A stretch of 64,000 bases of DNA from NCBI GenBank assembly GCA_963666285.1, contig OY762711.1. One strand, written 5' to 3'. The stretch comes from Sedimentisphaerales bacterium (GTDB taxonomy: Bacteria; Planctomycetota; Phycisphaerae; Sedimentisphaerales; SM23-30). The position numbers were made by a program, and so were the translations under genes. Below are positions 58,872-64,000 of this stretch, in pieces. Every line of letters begins with the position of its first letter. Within the stretch, counting starts at the first letter, position 1. The notes below the pieces were generated by a model. It did not search any database. It had not been told where the DNA came from and worked only from the letters and a program-made list of their open reading frames with translations.

Positions 58872-61013
58872 TTAATTGAATGGCCACATGCAATTAGCAT
58901 CCTGCGGATCATTACAACTTAGCCAGTTTGCTGCTATTGCGGCAAAGTCGTTCAAATCAATATAGCAGTTCTGATCGACATCACCAACCAATAACAACCC
59001 GGCATCGATAACATCCTGGCATGTAGGATCTACTACAGTAATCACTACTTCGTCACTGATAGCTGCTATTGTATCATCAGCTGTCAGTTGCAAGGTATAT
59101 GTACCTGGTGCACTAAACTCAACTACAGTCAATGCTGCATCAGCTGGAGAAAACTCCGGAGCTGCTGCTCCTTCTGGCATACTCAATACTGACCATGCAA
59201 TAGATGCTGCTACCGGTTTGCCGTCATCTATTACGGTGCCGGCCAATGTCAGCCCTTCTGCATTTCGTTTATATTCAACATCTTCTCCGGCATCAACTAT
59301 CGGAACTACTGGAGCCATTGCTGATAAAGCTTCCAACTCTTCCCGGCTTATACCATAATTATAAACTCGAACATCATCAATACCACCAGGCCAGATTCTC
59401 CCACTAGATGCTTCAGAATTTAATCCTATTGTTACCGGTGCATTCGTAACATCGATCAATCCTTCCGCTTCCATTTCCGTATCGAGAACTCCGTCTATAT
59501 ACAAACAAGCCTTTCTGGATACCGCTTCATAAGTACCAACCACATGATGCCAGTAACCGTCACAAAGCCCTGTTCTTGTGCTGTCAATTCGGGCTGTTGT
59601 TCCGTTACATCTGAAATGTACGCCTGTACCATCAACATTATCTGCCGACAGTCTCCATGCATTGTCCCCTTTACCTGCAATAAAGGATAGACCGCCAAAA
59701 CTTTCACCTTCATACATTATCCAGGCTGATACTGTCACACCTGTCTGCAGGTTGAATATATTTGGATCACTTTCTTCTGGTGTTATTTCTACCCATGAAT
59801 CACCAAACATATCTAAAGCCTTATTGCCAACCCATCCCGGTGTTATGATATTGGGCTCTTCAATATAAGAAGGTATTTCCAGGTCATCTTTCAAACCCGT
59901 AAATATACCGTCATTGCTGCCATAATCATCAACTACAGCCGTACCCGGATTAGACACCATACTATCAAAAGACCAGAGTGCCAGCTGCTTATTATTACTC
60001 GAGTCAACCACTGTAATAGTAACTGTATCACTGTCAACTTTATCACCATCGCTTACTGACAATTCTAAAACATATTCACCCGCGGCATCAATAGACACTA
60101 CAGGATTGATAATAGAAGAATCATCAAACGTTACGATCCCCGGTCCGCTTAGCTTAGTCCATGCAAAACTGATATTTGCCGGCTCCGGTAAACCATCATC
60201 TATTACATCACCTTCTAATTGAACATCGACACCAACCAATACAACATCATCTTTACCGGCTGATACTTTAGGACCGCGATTAAATGTCGCTCCTGACATT
60301 TCATAAACAGCATTCATAAACATAACCTGACCTTGTGCATTCAGGTTCATTGTACCATCACCGGTACCTCCGGACTCAGCACTTGGGAAATACATACGTG
60401 GAGCAGAAGCATATTGCCCGGATCCTGGATAAAACTCCTGACCCGTTTCCCACCGAACTATCCATACCAGTGAATTAGTTGCTGTTGTCGCAACTAATGT
60501 ACCATTTCCGGAATCCGTATAATCCACATAGCTGTTATTATTAAAATCAATGATATCTACCTGATCATCTTCGTTCAGCTCTACATAACTAAAGATCGGA
60601 TCTTCTGTCACTACTGCCTGCATAGTATCACTCAGATTGATAACATTATGATAATTCAGCCAGCCCCAACGGTTATTTCTTACAACATGAGGATTCTGAT
60701 TGATCATCGGTGTTGTTACCGAATTCCATAAACCTATCTCAGAAGAATTACTGGCATAACCTCCGCTATTCCCATGACGACCTACTACTACAAGATCAGC
60801 AGCATTCATCTGATCAACCTTTGCCTGGGTCAGATTCTGCGGATCCTGCATACGCGTAACTACATACCCTTCATCTTCCAGCATATTAATAAATTCGCTA
60901 TCATGCGGTTCAGACTCATTGTAACAATCTGACACCCATACAATACTCTGAGCGTTTACATATCCCGCCAGACAACATAAAGCCATTAACATCAACACAA
61001 TTTTCTTATTCAT
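58872..61013 (-). CDS. Secreted modular protein: GATase-like/unknown head, PKD-like Ig, LamG, PKD-like Ig, dockerin-like C-terminus
   Basis: Start re-called to MNKKIVL after AAGGAG; two V.AG.D...DDG.P...W...G.Y.L.L...D repeats; LamG GGIDDVRVYNYGI; GDVDQNCYIDLNDF...WLSC. Confidence 0.8.
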   Translation of the reverse strand: MNKKIVLMLMALCCLAGYVNAQSIVWVSDCYNESEPHDSEFINMLEDEGYVVTRMQDPQNLTQAKVDQMNAADLVVVGRHGNSGGYASNSSEIGLWNSVTTPMINQNPHVVRNNRWGWLNYHNVINLSDTMQAVVTEDPIFSYVELNEDDQVDIIDFNNNSYVDYTDSGNGTLVATTATNSLVWIVRWETGQEFYPGSGQYASAPRMYFPSAESGGTGDGTMNLNAQGQVMFMNAVYEMSGATFNRGPKVSAGKDDVVLVGVDVQLEGDVIDDGLPEPANISFAWTKLSGPGIVTFDDSSIINPVVSIDAAGEYVLELSVSDGDKVDSDTVTITVVDSSNNKQLALWSFDSMVSNPGTAVVDDYGSNDGIFTGLKDDLEIPSYIEEPNIITPGWVGNKALDMFGDSWVEITPEESDPNIFNLQTGVTVSAWIMYEGESFGGLSFIAGKGDNAWRLSADNVDGTGVHFRCNGTTARIDSTRTGLCDGYWHHVVGTYEAVSRKACLYIDGVLDTEMEAEGLIDVTNAPVTIGLNSEASSGRIWPGGIDDVRVYNYGISREELEALSAMAPVVPIVDAGEDVEYKRNAEGLTLAGTVIDDGKPVAASIAWSVLSMPEGAAAPEFSPADAALTVVEFSAPGTYTLQLTADDTIAAISDEVVITVVDPTCQDVIDAGLLLVGDVDQNCYIDLNDFAAIAANWLSCNDPQDANCMWPFN

Positions 61014-61101
61014 GCATTTCTCCTTTAAAGAATATATTATAGTTCTGCCGCAACTTACGACACTTTTTACTGCTTTATTACAATTTTTGTACAAAACTTA
61101 A

Positions 61102-61170
61102 GGTGACCCTGGAAATTGCTTTTGTTGCGAAAGATGGATCTTTCGCTATAAATGAATTTTTAGAGTGCCC
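61102..61170. mobile_element. Short member (69 bp) of the same MITE-like family, TTAA target duplication
   Basis: GGTGACCCTGGAAATTGCTTTTG...AAATGAATTTTTAGAGTGCCC; central GCGAAAGAT-gg-ATCTTTCGC hairpin; TTAA at 61098-61101 and 61171-61174. Confidence 0.65.
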
Positions 61171-61174
61171 TTAA

Positions 61175-62869
61175 TTATGGCATTCCGTTTATATACATCT
61201 CTTCTATTTCCGAAGAATCCAAAACACTATTAAATACTGCTAGTTCTCCTAGAACTCCATCAAACATTTCATTAGTTGTCCTGTCCGTACCCATAACCAG
61301 GTCACCTTCAGATGATGCACCATTATAAATATAATCAACAGTATCTATCAGCTTGGCATCAAGATAAAACTTAATCTTTTTATTGTCATGAGTTACTGTT
61401 ATAAAATGCCAACCTAAAATATCATTCTCAGGTAAAGTACCGGAATATTTTCGATTCTCTGGTATGTTCACCTTATATCTCACAAATTGTATCTTACTGT
61501 TCGCCCCTCCGTCATGGTGCTGATTATAGCCAAGCTGATAATTTACCGGACTATCCTCTAACCTGTTCGACAAAATATGGCCGCCATCTTCAAGCGTATC
61601 CAGCTTCACCCAGACTGCCAATGTAATATTATCACTAATATTCAATGCCTTATCAGAATCTATCAGGACATATTGCTGTTCTTTTGAATCAAATTCCAAT
61701 GCCTGCTTTTCCGGCCACCTGCCTTCAACCAATCCTGAAAGCTTGCCGGTAGACGAAGAACTCATTAGTTTGCCCTGATATTTATCTTTTGTTACCCAGG
61801 CACTATTATCTAACATTTCACCTTCAAGATTCTCAAATGTATAATATACCAGCAGATCATCTCGTTTCCGCAACTGGTAGCTGTATGCCTTCCACTTATA
61901 ATACGCCGAACCCTTTGCTGCCTTAATTTCAGCTTCAAACTGATCTTTGCGTACAAATGCATATGTATTGTTATGACTTAAGACATTACCATCAGTTGTA
62001 ACTTTTCCTCCCTGGTCTTTTTCCAGCCTGAGAGATTTGTCATACTTAAGCAGATCTGAACCTTTACGAAGCTCTACTGTCCCTTTGAATACCTGCGTAG
62101 ATGTATTACCGTTTCTATCTACATTCACACCAAATTCAGTACCATAATCAACCACAGTAGCGGTTTCAGTCCTTACCACAAACCGCTTATCCGGCACTTT
62201 ATCTATATTTGCTACTATCGAACCTGATTCCAAAAATAGCAAACTGTCGCTTTCCAGGGTAAATTCACACGGACCTTCCAGGATCACCTCTGCACCATTA
62301 TTCAATACTATCTCTGCTAAACCTTTTTTTAAGCTCATTGGCCCTGTATACAAAATGCTGCCGTCTTTCAACTCGACGGGTACTGCTCGCTCCCACTCCG
62401 CATCAACCTGGAAATTTACTGTTGCTACCGGCACATATAGCTCAGGTGGAAACAGGTTGGAATATACTACAAAAATAAGTAAAAAGACCGCTGCCACAGA
62501 TACCAGCTGACTATATATCCTGAAAAATCTGCTCGGCTTAGGCACTAAGACCTCGGCTCGTACCAAATCTTTCTCTATGGCCTCTTCCTGAGTCTCTATT
62601 TCCACACTTGGTGAAAGTTGAGAATCGTTTAATAATTCATCTAAAATTTGATAATCTATACTAAATTCCGTTCCCTGACCATCCAATTCACAACTTCCGG
62701 CTACATGGTTCAGACCGGCATGAACCTCAAGAAAGTCAAGGTAATATTCCCTTGCCAATTTACTTTCTTTCAGCATCTGCTGTAATTGTTTCAGCTCTTC
62801 AGGGGCTATTGCACCCTCTATTGCTTTGAACAATATAATATTTAATTTATTTTCAAACTCTGACTTCAT
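61175..62869 (-). CDS. FecR-type anti-sigma factor with C-terminal LamG domain (paralogue of 5032..6804)
   Basis: TM helix LVSVAAVFLLIFVVYSNLFPP; VVDYGTEFGV; GRWPEK; ITVTHDNK; FDGVLGELAVF. Confidence 0.85.
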   Translation of the reverse strand: MKSEFENKLNIILFKAIEGAIAPEELKQLQQMLKESKLAREYYLDFLEVHAGLNHVAGSCELDGQGTEFSIDYQILDELLNDSQLSPSVEIETQEEAIEKDLVRAEVLVPKPSRFFRIYSQLVSVAAVFLLIFVVYSNLFPPELYVPVATVNFQVDAEWERAVPVELKDGSILYTGPMSLKKGLAEIVLNNGAEVILEGPCEFTLESDSLLFLESGSIVANIDKVPDKRFVVRTETATVVDYGTEFGVNVDRNGNTSTQVFKGTVELRKGSDLLKYDKSLRLEKDQGGKVTTDGNVLSHNNTYAFVRKDQFEAEIKAAKGSAYYKWKAYSYQLRKRDDLLVYYTFENLEGEMLDNSAWVTKDKYQGKLMSSSSTGKLSGLVEGRWPEKQALEFDSKEQQYVLIDSDKALNISDNITLAVWVKLDTLEDGGHILSNRLEDSPVNYQLGYNQHHDGGANSKIQFVRYKVNIPENRKYSGTLPENDILGWHFITVTHDNKKIKFYLDAKLIDTVDYIYNGASSEGDLVMGTDRTTNEMFDGVLGELAVFNSVLDSSEIEEMYINGMP

Positions 62870-63411
62870 TGAGATATTTCCTGGAACCCTAATGATCTTC
62901 GGACACAGCGTAATAGACTGCCGTGTATAGAGGCAAACCTGCGGTATATCTGGTAGACAGACAAACCTGTACGGTCGGATATTATCTGGGTAGCTAATCC
63001 ATCCTGGTATTTAAGCTCGACAAACTTTCGCTGTTCCGGACTCAACTTGCCGACACATTTCTTTAATGCATCAATCCTGCTCTGTACATCTACCGTCCTA
63101 CTCTGACTTTCTTCGGCCAGAGTCTCAATAATTTCATCATCAAGTGGAATAACAAGTTTTTTCTTTTTACGATATTTCAGGACTTGAAACTTAGCGATTG
63201 TAAGAGCCCATGACACAAAATCAGTGCCGGCCATATATGATACCCTCTTATTCCAGATCACTGTCGAAACCTCTTGCATTATATCATCTGCATCTGAATG
63301 ATTGGCTACCAGGCTTATTATAAATGCATATATCCGGTAATGATTCTTAGTCAAGAGATTGACTATTGCGGTATCATTTGGGTTTGTATTATTTAAGTTA
63401 TTGTTTTCCAT
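62866..63411 (-). CDS. ECF sigma-70 factor
   Basis: DADDIMQEV...DFVSWALTIAKFQV; ALKKCVGKL; 4-bp overlap with the FecR gene. Confidence 0.9.
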   Translation of the reverse strand: MENNNLNNTNPNDTAIVNLLTKNHYRIYAFIISLVANHSDADDIMQEVSTVIWNKRVSYMAGTDFVSWALTIAKFQVLKYRKKKKLVIPLDDEIIETLAEESQSRTVDVQSRIDALKKCVGKLSPEQRKFVELKYQDGLATQIISDRTGLSVYQIYRRFASIHGSLLRCVRRSLGFQEISQ

Positions 63412-63727
63412 ACAGTTATATGTCGTCTCAATATGCCTCTTTGTATAAATATCGCTGATATTCTTTCTCTATAAGCAAATATCCAAATTTAAAACCATTT
63501 GCGATAAAAATATAAAAATTATGATAAATTCAAAAAGTTCGAAAGATATCAAAAGATATGACTTTCCAGAAAAGAAAATTACCGCCAAAACACATAAAAC
63601 CATAAATACTTATTACAACACAACTTAAAAAAACCTTTCACATGAATTCCTTATTATATATGTATATTAATTTATTTTTTATTACAATTTTGAGCCTCAT
63701 TACTTATATCCCTTGTAAGAGGTCTTA

Positions 63728-64000
63728 ATGAATAAAAACAAACATAGCAACAGGAAAGATCAGATTGACAGTCCTCACGACTTTATGAAGTTATATATGG
63801 CTGTTCAGCCAAGGCTTTATGGTTTCATAATGAGTATGATACATAAATGGAACGATGCTGAGGATGTTATGCAGGAAACTTTATCAGTAATGTGGCGTAA
63901 GTTCGACCAGTTTGAAGATGGTACAGATTTTGCCGCATGGGGGCTTGCCATAGCACGATATCAGGTTATGTCCTATTATCAGCGTCAAAAAAATCTCAAA
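63728..64000 (+). CDS. ECF sigma-70 factor, 5' part (runs off the window)
   Basis: Not in the ORF track. Translated by hand: MNKNK...QPRLYGFIMSMIHKWNDAEDVMQETL...GTDFAAWGLAIARYQV. Confidence 0.88.
   Translation, partial: MNKNKHSNRKDQIDSPHDFMKLYMAVQPRLYGFIMSMIHKWNDAEDVMQETLSVMWRKFDQFEDGTDFAAWGLAIARYQVMSYYQRQKNLK

Noticed and set aside
126..59868. Many short ORFs (60-165 aa) in the track overlapping long genes
   Set aside because: Antisense or off-frame shadows of well-supported CDSs, with no recognisable motifs.
1..64000. CRISPR array, rRNA, intact transposase, reverse transcriptase/DGR, prophage or defence genes
   Set aside because: No regularly spaced repeats or diagnostic protein motifs were seen.

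Overview
AT-rich bacterial DNA. The gene content points to a Planctomycetota member, most likely Phycisphaerae/Sedimentisphaerales: prepilin H-X9-DG protein, PEP-CTERM, ECF sigma + FecR-LamG pairs, many LamG/dockerin-like secreted proteins and sulfatases. This taxonomy is inferred, not searched. Positions 1 to ~51 kb are an accessory glycan/glycoprotein-foraging region. It holds secreted modular proteins, an amino-sugar catabolic operon (PIG-L deacetylase, GATase-like protein, PPi-type PFK, SIS protein), two sulfatases, GH2, GH92, an M60 peptidase, an EEP hydrolase and an SSS transporter. It also holds an IclR / sugar-isomerase cupin / hydrazine-synthase-like multiheme operon. A housekeeping block follows (tRNA-Ser, pnp, rpsO, rplU, ThiF/MoeB, ychF), then a second ECF/FecR/LamG unit. 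Main signals: (1) an HzsA-like gene coupled to an HzsB/C-like gene, with four CxxCH motifs, in a sugar-catabolic context; (2) a conserved 37-bp tandem operator upstream of three separate transcription units, linking the M60 peptidase to the amino-sugar operon; (3) a Trp-containing dockerin-like C-terminal module on eight secreted proteins, plus recurrent [DE]PN motifs; (4) two decayed tRNA-Lys/att repeats bracketing a ~12.7-kb cassette; (5) two fold-back MITE-like elements with 4-bp target duplications. All family calls come from motif reading and recall; no database searches were run.
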